Positions 1-7,895 of a stretch of 32,000 bases of DNA are shown one piece after another. This DNA comes from Acaryochloris marina S15 (GTDB lineage: Bacteria > Cyanobacteriota > Cyanobacteriia > Thermosynechococcales > Thermosynechococcaceae), in NCBI RefSeq assembly GCF_018336915.1, contig NZ_CP064923.1:2730001-2762000 (forward strand), read 5' to 3'. Every line of letters starts with the position of its first letter. Position 1 is the stretch's first letter. Made by a program: the position numbers and the translations under genes. The notes below the pieces were generated by a model. The model made no database searches. It was not told where the DNA came from and was given only the letters and a program-made list of their open reading frames with translations.

Positions 1-298
1 CCACAACTATCAGAATACCGAGGGTTGATGCTCCACATATGTTCGTAAAATTACAATCCGAATCATGAATTGTGAGGATTTGATTATTGACTACCTACAT
101 TGATGCTCACTCTTGGATTTTGGTATGTGCCAATGTTGAGAGTTTTAAGCTGATTTGGACCTTTTGAACGAGGTTTCTCAAATGAGCAAGGGTCAGTTTA
201 GTAAATACGGTTATTGGCTTTAGCTTCTGTAGATTAACTGGTCAAAAAGACTGCATCCAAAATAGTTGATTGCAAAGGGCCAACAGATTCCAGAAATT

Positions 299-332
299 GG
301 TCAGTGGGCAATAATACAATTGCCCACTGACC
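299..332 (-). terminator. Stem-loop just downstream of the SDR gene stop (candidate intrinsic terminator)
   Basis: GGTCAGTGGGCAA (299-311) pairs perfectly with TTGCCCACTGACC (320-332) around an 8-nt loop. It starts 8 nt past the stop codon at 340-342 (minus strand). The trailing sequence on the minus strand (AATTTCTGG) is only weakly T-rich. Confidence 0.45.
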
Positions 333-339
333 CGCAAAA

Positions 340-1146
340 TTAGTAACCGCGACTCCAGATAGATTTCTTGGGTTGTTCAGACCGGGGAGCAGTGAGTTGG
401 AGCCACCACTCTAAGAGCCTGGGAGCAAAGCGATTGCCCAAAACGGCTAAGTGACTTTGCCAGCCCACCAGAATTTCTGGGGATTCCTTGGCCAGACTGT
501 TGACTAAGACCTTAGCCACTTTCTCGGGGGTCATTGCTGCTACCCAGCGAAACCGTTGGGTATTGCGAGTCATATCTGTTTCTGTGAGAGAAGGCAACAG
601 GGCCGTGACTTTAATATTATGGGCAGCTAGCTCAGTGCGCAGAGCCTGGGTAAAACCCAAAATCGCAAACTTGGTAGCGGAGTAAGTGGCCATGGTTGGG
701 GCACCTATTTTGCCCATAAGACTAGAAACATTGACGATGCGTCCTTCCTTCTTACTGGCCATGCGTCGCGCCAGGACCTGAGTCATAGTGTAAATTCCCA
801 TTAAGTTGAGAGAAAGCTCTTCCTGCACTTTGGGGAGCTTGGTTTGCAGGAAAGGGGCCTGATGAGCCACCCCAGCACAATTCACCAGTAAGTGAATGGG
901 ACCATGCTGCTTCCAGGTCTGGGCGATGGCAATATTCACCTCCACCGTCTGAGTCAGATCCAGGGGAAGAACAACTGCTTGGGTGCCCAGTGCTTCTATT
1001 TCTATGGCGACTTGCTGTAGGCGGGCTTGATTACGGGCCACAAGGATGACTTTTTCTATTCCTTGCTGGGCTAACTCTTGTGCGATCGCACGGCCAATCC
1101 CTCGGGATGCACCTGTAATGAGTGCGGTTTTTCCTTGTATTTTCAT
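340..1146 (-). CDS. Short-chain dehydrogenase/reductase (classical SDR) family oxidoreductase
   Basis: Part of ORF 340..1197. It has the Rossmann motif TGASRGIG, an NCAG motif and the catalytic S...YSATK. I moved the start to ATG 1144-1146 because GGGAGG (complement of 1153-1158) lies 6 nt upstream and SDRs normally begin just before TGxxxGIG. The alternative start is 1197. Confidence 0.9.
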   Translation of the reverse strand: MKIQGKTALITGASRGIGRAIAQELAQQGIEKVILVARNQARLQQVAIEIEALGTQAVVLPLDLTQTVEVNIAIAQTWKQHGPIHLLVNCAGVAHQAPFLQTKLPKVQEELSLNLMGIYTMTQVLARRMASKKEGRIVNVSSLMGKIGAPTMATYSATKFAILGFTQALRTELAAHNIKVTALLPSLTETDMTRNTQRFRWVAAMTPEKVAKVLVNSLAKESPEILVGWQSHLAVLGNRFAPRLLEWWLQLTAPRSEQPKKSIWSRGY

Positions 1147-1699
1147 GGGATACCTCCCGACACAATGGTCAGACAATGGGCAGATTTGTCCCTTCACTGA
1201 AGCAATATCCTTAAGCGCTCGACAGGATAGGTCAATGAGTGGATTGAGGCGAAAATAGCTTGTTAATCAATCTGTGAAAACGAAGTAGTAAAAAATTAAA
1301 ATCTTTTCTGAGAAAAATAGTTACACAATTGTAAAAAAAATCGTCATTCTCACTTGAAGTATTGCAATCAACGCTTCAAGCTTAAGATCAGTGCAAATGT
1401 ATTAATTATGTGCTGAAGATTACATTTTGTAAGCCTTTCATTCTGCTCAACATATTCAAGAAGAAATTAAATTCTTTATAAGCATAAGCTAGCAACTAAA
1501 TCAATCAACTGCAATAAATTTTATAATATTCTTATTGCATTAACATAAGTACATATAATTCTCAGATTGAGTACCACTGGAGAGCATTCCTAGCAGAAGG
1601 ACCTGCAATCACTCAGGGACAGATTAAGTGAAATATTGCCTCTCGTTGAATCTGAGAATAGCGGAGATTTATCATCCATTTCTGAGGAGGCCATCCAGG

Positions 1700-2965
1700 C
1701 TACAATCCCGCGAGGAACTGTAATCCAGAGAACAAAAGTGCTCCTAATCCCATACAAATGGGCAAAGTAAGACCCCAAGCTCCCGCAATTTGCCCCAGGG
1801 TGGCCCATTGAATCGCCTGTCCCCGTTGCGATAAGCCAATGCCAATTACTCCACCCACTAAGGCATGGGTGGTAGAGACAGGCAGTCCCCAGCGAGAAGC
1901 GAGAAGAATGGTCGTGGCTGCTGCCAATTCAGCACAAAAACCACTGCTGGGCTGGAGGGGAATAATGTCTTCGCCAACGGTGGTCATCACTTTTTGCCCT
2001 GAAATGGCTAATCCAGCCACAATCCCCAGTCCACCCAGAACCATGATCCACAATGGAACCGCTGCTCCGGCAGTGGGTATTGCCTGAGTTGTAAAAATAG
2101 CTGTGATGACTACCAGGGGAGCGACGGCATTGCCAACATCGTTAGATCCGTGGGCAAAGGCGACAAAGCAAGCACTACAGACTTGAAAGAGTGCTAACTG
2201 ATTTTCGACGGTTGCCTGGTTTCTCGCTGAGTCTGCTGAAGGAGGATGTTGAGCAAGTTTTTGCCAACTCCAGATGGTCAGAGTGAGGATTGCAGCAATA
2301 CCAACTGCGATCGCAAGATCTTGTTCAGGCAGGTTCCAGTGCCCTTGAGTCTCTAAGACTCGGTGAATGGGATGAATGACTTGAGGTAAGACAATCACCC
2401 CAAAGATGCTCACCAACCCAGTACTCAACCAGGGAATCCATTCATTCAGCTGACGTAGCGGATCGGAGGATTGCAAAATCCCCTGGGAAATCAGGCGGTA
2501 AATCAAGGCTGCAATCCCACCACTCACCACCGGGGTCAGCAACCAGGAAAGGGAAATAACCCCTAACATAGACCACCGCACAGCCGATGTCCCCAAAGCC
2601 ACAATACTGAATCCTGCTAACGCCCCAATCGTGGCATGGGAAGAGGCCACGGGCCAGCCTCGCCAAGTCGCAATCTGCAGCCATAACCCACAGGTCATCA
2701 GCACCGAAATCATGCCTAAACTCAAGGTTTGAGGTGTATTGGCAAAGGCTTGGGCATCCACGACCCCACGGGTCAGGGTATTGATGACTTGGCGGCCAAA
2801 CACAATGGCCCCAGTAAATTCAAGAATCCCAGCAATCACCAAAGCCTGCCGGAGGGTAATGGCTTTTGATCCCACCGATGTGCCCATGGCGTTAGCGACA
2901 TCATTGGCCCCTAAATTCCAGGCTAAATAAAATGCCAACCCACTCACGAAGAGAATATAAACCAT
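1700..2965 (-). CDS. Inorganic phosphate transporter, PiT (PHO4) family
   Basis: 421-423 aa polytopic membrane protein. The PiT signature GANDVANAMGTSVGS is near the N-terminus and its internal repeat GSNDVGNAVAPL is in the C-terminal half. The track start at 2971 is TTG. The first ATG is two codons in (2963-2965). Confidence 0.9.
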   Translation of the reverse strand: MVYILFVSGLAFYLAWNLGANDVANAMGTSVGSKAITLRQALVIAGILEFTGAIVFGRQVINTLTRGVVDAQAFANTPQTLSLGMISVLMTCGLWLQIATWRGWPVASSHATIGALAGFSIVALGTSAVRWSMLGVISLSWLLTPVVSGGIAALIYRLISQGILQSSDPLRQLNEWIPWLSTGLVSIFGVIVLPQVIHPIHRVLETQGHWNLPEQDLAIAVGIAAILTLTIWSWQKLAQHPPSADSARNQATVENQLALFQVCSACFVAFAHGSNDVGNAVAPLVVITAIFTTQAIPTAGAAVPLWIMVLGGLGIVAGLAISGQKVMTTVGEDIIPLQPSSGFCAELAAATTILLASRWGLPVSTTHALVGGVIGIGLSQRGQAIQWATLGQIAGAWGLTLPICMGLGALLFSGLQFLAGL

Positions 2966-3161
2966 GGCCAAACCTATTGAAGATGCTTGGGGATGCCCAA
3001 AAACTCAAGAGATTTCAGGATTCATCCGCTTCCTAGGTATCAATCCCTTTTTCCCAAACCCATTGAATTTGCTGATTTAATTTAGACTTAACGTCATCAG
3101 CGATATACCATTCGATTGATAACGGAAAGACTCTACCGGGTGAGGATCAAAAGAATACATC

Positions 3162-4463
3162 ATGAATAACCCTAAACCATTGTTCCAGGCCTTAAACCCT
3201 CGCCAACTACGTCGGTTTACCGCTTTAGCTTCTGTTTTATTGCTGAGTGCCTGCCAAGTCGGGGGCAATGCCCCCAATGGCGAGGGCTTAAAAATTGGCT
3301 CACTCTTACCGTCGACAGGAGACTTAGCTCCGTTAGGGGCGCCGATGATTGATGCAGTGCCCTTGCTCGTAGATACGGTGAATGCCTGTGGTGGTGTGAA
3401 TGGCAAGCCCGTTGAACTGACGTCTGAGGATGATGAGACTGATCCTACGAAGGGCAGTCAGGCGATGACCAATTTAGTCGAAGTTAAAAAAGTGACTGCT
3501 GTCGTGGGATCTTTTGCGAGTAGTGTTTCTCAAGCGGCTGTTGATGTTGCGGTTCGCAATAAGATCCTCCTCATTTCCCCAGGGAGTACCAGTACCGAAT
3601 TTACGGGTCGTGCTCAAAATGGAGACTTTAAGAATGGTGATACCCAATATTGGGCGAGAACTGCACCTCCCGATACCTACCAAGCCCGTGCCCTTGCCAA
3701 ACTCGCTAAGGAAAAAGGCTTCCAGAAAGTTTCTACTGTCTCCATCAATAACGACTATGGCGTTAGCTTTGAGCAAGAATTTATAAAGTCCTTTAAAAAA
3801 CTAGGGGGCACGGTGATCAATGAAGCCAAACCCACTCGGTATGACCCCAAAGCCACCACCTTTGACACAGAAGCTGCAGCAGCCTTTGCCAATAAACCAG
3901 AAGCTGTGATTGCCATTCTCTATCCAGAAACTGGAGCCCTACTCTTGAAAGCGGCTTACGAACAGGGCCTGATGGAGGGGGTACAGGTGATGCTGACGGA
4001 TGGAGTCAAGTCTGATGAATTTGCGACTCAAGTGGGTAAAACCAGCGATGGCAAGTTTATTATCACTGGAGCGATAGGAACCGTGCCAGGCGCAGATGGG
4101 AATGCCCTAGAGTCCTTGACGGAACTTTGGAAATCAAAGAAGAACGAAGCCCCACCCGCCTATGTTCCTCAAAGTTGGGATGCAACAGCCCTAGTGTTAC
4201 TGGCAGCCCAGGCCGCCAAGTCTAATTCCGGAGATGCGATCGCAGCTAAGCTTCGTAATGTTGCCAACGGCCCAGGAACTGAAACGACGGATGTTTGTGA
4301 AGCCTTAAAACTCCTAGAGAAAGGTGAAGAGATCAACTATCAAGGGGCCAGTGGTAACGTCGATATTGATGAGAATGGAGATGTCTTAGGGGTTTATGAT
4401 GTATGGACCGTTAAGGATGATGGCAAGCTCAATGTCATCGGCCAGGTCCAACCGTCCGAGTAA
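3162..4463 (+). CDS. ABC-type solute-binding lipoprotein, Leu/Ile/Val-binding (Peripla_BP_6-like) family
   Basis: 433 aa. The N-terminus has QLRRFTAL followed by the lipobox LLSAC. The mature part has the type-I periplasmic binding protein pattern (VVGSFASSVSQAA, LISPGSTS, YWARTAPPD, NNDYG). GAGGA lies about 16 nt upstream of the ATG. No permease or ATPase genes are adjacent. Confidence 0.85.
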   Translation: MNNPKPLFQALNPRQLRRFTALASVLLLSACQVGGNAPNGEGLKIGSLLPSTGDLAPLGAPMIDAVPLLVDTVNACGGVNGKPVELTSEDDETDPTKGSQAMTNLVEVKKVTAVVGSFASSVSQAAVDVAVRNKILLISPGSTSTEFTGRAQNGDFKNGDTQYWARTAPPDTYQARALAKLAKEKGFQKVSTVSINNDYGVSFEQEFIKSFKKLGGTVINEAKPTRYDPKATTFDTEAAAAFANKPEAVIAILYPETGALLLKAAYEQGLMEGVQVMLTDGVKSDEFATQVGKTSDGKFIITGAIGTVPGADGNALESLTELWKSKKNEAPPAYVPQSWDATALVLLAAQAAKSNSGDAIAAKLRNVANGPGTETTDVCEALKLLEKGEEINYQGASGNVDIDENGDVLGVYDVWTVKDDGKLNVIGQVQPSE

Positions 4464-4495
4464 TCATTCCTGAAAATCTATCCGTTTATTTCAGT

Positions 4496-4533
4496 CATAG
4501 TGACAGAAGACGATCGAGTCTTTTGTCACTATG
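4496..4533. other. Strong 16-bp stem-loop in the convergent intergenic region (possible terminator or RNA-processing hairpin)
   Basis: CATAGTGACAGAAGAC (4496-4511) pairs with GTCTTTTGTCACTATG (4518-4533), with one G-T wobble. The loop is GATCGA. It lies 33 nt after the stop of the binding-protein gene. There is no U-tract on either strand, so it is not a canonical intrinsic terminator. Confidence 0.4.
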
Positions 4534-4548
4534 GTACAGAACATTGAA

Positions 4549-4672
4549 TGGGAGCATGTCACCTTTGCAATCTAGTATTTATACTTATCCCAGAAATCCT
4601 TGCTAGTCTTGCTTTCAGACATCAAATTTCTGATTACAAATTTTGTGCATCTGCAAAGGTGACATGCTCCCA
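4549..4672. mobile_element. MITE-like non-autonomous element (124 bp) with 21-bp perfect terminal inverted repeats
   Basis: TGGGAGCATGTCACCTTTGCA (4549-4569) is the exact reverse complement of TGCAAAGGTGACATGCTCCCA (4652-4672). It is flanked directly by a 7-bp direct repeat CATTGAA (4542-4548 and 4673-4679). It has no coding capacity and an internal CAGAAAT/ATTTCTG sub-repeat. Confidence 0.45.
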
Positions 4673-4697
4673 CATTGAATGGTTGAAACTGATTGAT

Positions 4698-5168
4698 TTA
4701 CTCTGAGGATTGGGATTTTTCAGCTTTGGAAAAAATTGACTTAAAGCTAATAGGCTCATTCAATTTGGCCATCACCGTTTTCATATTAATCGGCTCATTG
4801 AGCTTGGTCATCATTTGCTTATAATTCCAATCTGATGGATTGGTTTCTGCTTCAGTCGGATGAGGTGACGGTGCGGTCGAAGAATCCCCACTGGTAGATG
4901 AAGACGGAGCGACTCCATCCAACTCAGATTCCACCCAAATTGTGAAATGGCTCTGATAATTTACGATTAAGCTCATCAAGCCAGCATCTAGCATTTGGCG
5001 ACAGGAAGCAATTGCTTTTTCCCGTTGAGAGTTCTCAAAAGTTTGCCCCTTCTGAAAACATTTATCTAAAAAAATAAATTCTGAAACCCCTTGGCATGAA
5101 ATTCCTCTTGCTTCCAGGTCTACCTGATCAATTAGCAACATACCGAATATTGCCCTGTCACTTATCAT
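4698..5168 (-). CDS. Hypothetical protein (N-terminal globular part, Ser/Thr/Pro linker, C-terminal 13-aa tandem repeat)
   Basis: 156-aa ORF with an ATG start and no competing ORF. The composition is protein-like. I recognise no family. The C-terminus has M[TA]KLNEPI[NS][MF]K[TS][VI] twice in tandem. Confidence 0.55.
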   Translation of the reverse strand: MISDRAIFGMLLIDQVDLEARGISCQGVSEFIFLDKCFQKGQTFENSQREKAIASCRQMLDAGLMSLIVNYQSHFTIWVESELDGVAPSSSTSGDSSTAPSPHPTEAETNPSDWNYKQMMTKLNEPINMKTVMAKLNEPISFKSIFSKAEKSQSSE

Positions 5169-5674
5169 TCCATACTTAGGATGCCCATTATTCGTCCAAA
5201 GTGAGCGTTTCAGTCGTTTCGATTTGAGATGAGTCTGGGAACTCAGCGTATGAGAGACCGTTGTGACTCAAGCCATTATGGGCTAACCACAGGGTTCATT
5301 GCATTACTCATAGAAGTGGATACTAAGACCAAAAAATCACACCTTTTATGGCGGGGTAGATAGACTAGATTGATCCATTATTTTCTCGATTAACGCTGGG
5401 TTTCTCAGGTAAAAATCAAGTTACATGCATAGCCCTGATGAATGCTCGTTGAATTGTTGATAAAGTTAATGCTTTGCGCCTTAGTTGATGTTAAACATAA
5501 CCTTGTTTGTGATTACGGTAGAATCAAATAGATATTGGGAATAATAGATTCGCCCCAAGTGAGTTTGAAGAACTTCTTTTTAAACCAAAGCTAGTTCTAA
5601 CTACCTTAATTTATTTCCATGAGAGTGTTGGTGCTGTATGGTCCAACTAACGTGCAGGTGATTGGTTCAGGGAA

Positions 5675-7753
5675 ATGTACAATCTAGATGATAGTCTCAT
5701 GCCTGATGCACCTATCTTTGTCATTGAAGACGATCCCAGTGAGTGCGTTGAGCAAGCAAATACTTCTGTTTTACCTGCTTGGAAAGTTCTGATTGTTGAT
5801 GATGATCCAGAGGTTCATGAAGCAACCATTCTTGCTTGTGGTTCCTTTGAATTTGAACATAGGCCGTTAAATTTGCTGTCTGCCTATTCTGGGACTGAGG
5901 CACGAACGGTCTTGCAGGACCATCCTGATGTTGCTTTGCTACTGCTAGATGTAGTGATGGAAACCAGCCAAGCCGGGCTAGAGTTGGTGAAGTATGTTCG
6001 CACGACCTTAAATAATCAGATCATCCGAATTATCTTGAGGACGGGACAACCGGGCGAAGCTCCTGAACTTGATGTCATTCGAGATTACGATATCAATGAC
6101 TATCGCTTAAAAATTGATCTCACGCGACAACGGTTACTGACAACGGTCATTACAACCTTGCGCTCCTATCGAGATTTGGTGACTTTAGATGCAACGAATA
6201 AAGAGTTAGACACCCTTTACAGTCAACAAATCGTGGCTAACCAAAAAATTGAACGACAACAACAAGAATTGATTGCTCAAAACCAGGCTTTAACCACTGC
6301 CAAGCAGCAGGCGGTCAAGGCAAATCAGGCAAAAAGTGTTTTCCTGGGAAATATGAGTCATGAGTTGCGAACACCGCTGAATGCCGTTTTGGGCTATACC
6401 CAACTGTTAGCACGAGAGCCTCAACTCCAGGCTTTTACCAAAGAGTTAGAAACCATTAATCGCTGCGGCAAGCACTTATTAGTACTCATTAATGATGTCT
6501 TGGATTTATCCCGCATTGACTCGGGACAGGTGGTTCTGAATATTGATACATTTAGTTTCCATGAATTATTGAAAACATTAAAAGATATTTGGACAACAAA
6601 AGCCCAACATAAAGGTCTGGATTATCAGTTGGAATGGGGATCAGACTTGCCCCATTATGTGCGCACGGATGAAGGTAAGCTTCGCCAAGTTCTGATGAAT
6701 TTGTTGAGCAATGCGATTAAATTTACTGAACAAGGACATATAACCTTTCGGATTCATCAAACTGCAGTCGAGCCATCAAGGCTGAATGAAGGACCTCATC
6801 TCCCTCTTACCCCTCACTACTGGCTGAATTTTGAAGTCCGAGATTCTGGTCCTGGCATTTCGGCGAAAGAGTTAGAACATATTTTTCACCCCTTTATTCA
6901 AGGAGAACAGGCCCGTAGCATCGTGGACGAAGGAACGGGTTTGGGGTTAGCGATTAGCCATCAATTTGTATCATTGATGGGGGGGGATTTATCGGTTACA
7001 AGTTCTCTAGGTGCAGGAAGTTGTTTTAAATTTTCTGTTCCAGTAGAGCAGGCCCAAGCCTGCGTGAAGACACCCTTAGTTGAAAAAGCTAAGGTAACAA
7101 GTCTGGCTCCTAATCAGCCAACCTACCGTATTTTAGTTGTGGATGATCAGCCTGATAATTGTAGTTTCCTGACTAAGCTACTGGGGATAGTAGGATTTGA
7201 GGCTCAGGCTGTCTATAGTGGCGAGGCTGCTATTTCGAAGTGGCTAGATTGGCATCCTCATCTGATTTGGATGGATATCCGGATGGATGGGCAGGATGGT
7301 TATGAAACGACTGAGCAGATTAAAGCCGATAGTTCTGCGCCAACTCCGGTGATTGTGGCACTCACAGCCTTTGCGTTTGAAGAAGATAAAGAAAAAGCTT
7401 TGGCCTTAGGCTTTGATGATTTTGTGCGCAAGCCGTTCCAAGAATCCGAGATTTTTGAGAAACTGGCCACTCATTTAGGTATTGAATATCTCTATGATGG
7501 AGAGGGTCCCTTACAGCCTGAAGTGTTGTCTCCTCTGACTTCGGAACAGCTAGAGTTTATTGAGAGGGAGCAACTTCAGCATCTCTATGATGCGGCTTTG
7601 AGCCTTGATCCGAATCGCACGGCCCACCTGTTAGCCGAATTACCCACAGGGCATGAGGGGATTCGAAAACAATTGCTGTCCCTATCTGATAACTTTCGCT
7701 TTGATATCATTATTCAGTTAATAGAGCCTTTGGTTGGATCGTCAGTACAATGA
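5675..7753 (+). CDS. Hybrid histidine kinase: REC - coiled coil - HisKA - HATPase_c - REC - C-terminal helical tail
   Basis: 692 aa. N-terminal receiver: VLIVDDDPEV...LLLLDVVME...LRTGQPG...INDYRLK. H-box FLGNMSHELRTPLN (His at about aa 229). N box LLSNAIKFT, G boxes DSGPGI and GTGLGLAIS. Second receiver: ILVVDDQPDN...IWMDIRMDGQDG...KPF. No hydrophobic transmembrane stretch seen. Confidence 0.9.
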   Translation: MYNLDDSLMPDAPIFVIEDDPSECVEQANTSVLPAWKVLIVDDDPEVHEATILACGSFEFEHRPLNLLSAYSGTEARTVLQDHPDVALLLLDVVMETSQAGLELVKYVRTTLNNQIIRIILRTGQPGEAPELDVIRDYDINDYRLKIDLTRQRLLTTVITTLRSYRDLVTLDATNKELDTLYSQQIVANQKIERQQQELIAQNQALTTAKQQAVKANQAKSVFLGNMSHELRTPLNAVLGYTQLLAREPQLQAFTKELETINRCGKHLLVLINDVLDLSRIDSGQVVLNIDTFSFHELLKTLKDIWTTKAQHKGLDYQLEWGSDLPHYVRTDEGKLRQVLMNLLSNAIKFTEQGHITFRIHQTAVEPSRLNEGPHLPLTPHYWLNFEVRDSGPGISAKELEHIFHPFIQGEQARSIVDEGTGLGLAISHQFVSLMGGDLSVTSSLGAGSCFKFSVPVEQAQACVKTPLVEKAKVTSLAPNQPTYRILVVDDQPDNCSFLTKLLGIVGFEAQAVYSGEAAISKWLDWHPHLIWMDIRMDGQDGYETTEQIKADSSAPTPVIVALTAFAFEEDKEKALALGFDDFVRKPFQESEIFEKLATHLGIEYLYDGEGPLQPEVLSPLTSEQLEFIEREQLQHLYDAALSLDPNRTAHLLAELPTGHEGIRKQLLSLSDNFRFDIIIQLIEPLVGSSVQ

Positions 7754-7895
7754 CTCTAAATTAGGTCGAATTTCATGGATACAACCGTATTATTCTCTTT
7801 TTGTCAGTTTTTCTATCTGGGAAGCAAATTTTCTGGAAGTGAGGGCAGATAAAGAGAGGAGGGTATGCTGAGATGAGTAGCTCTGCCAGGGAACG

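Noticed and set aside
1-339. Possible 3' end of a plus-strand gene entering from the left edge (frame reading ...PQLSEYRGLMLHICS stop at about 46-48)
   Set aside because: Only 15 codons are visible, which is nothing to support a call.
488-3786. Track ORFs nested in or antisense to the SDR, PiT and binding-protein genes (488..685, 1046..1258, 1590..1808, 1839..2087, 2442..2684, 2739..2930, 3077..3406, 3474..3776, 3514..3786)
   Set aside because: All lie wholly or largely inside longer ORFs that carry clear family motifs. Their translations are Arg/Trp/Cys/Pro-rich, typical of shadow frames. No independent start context.
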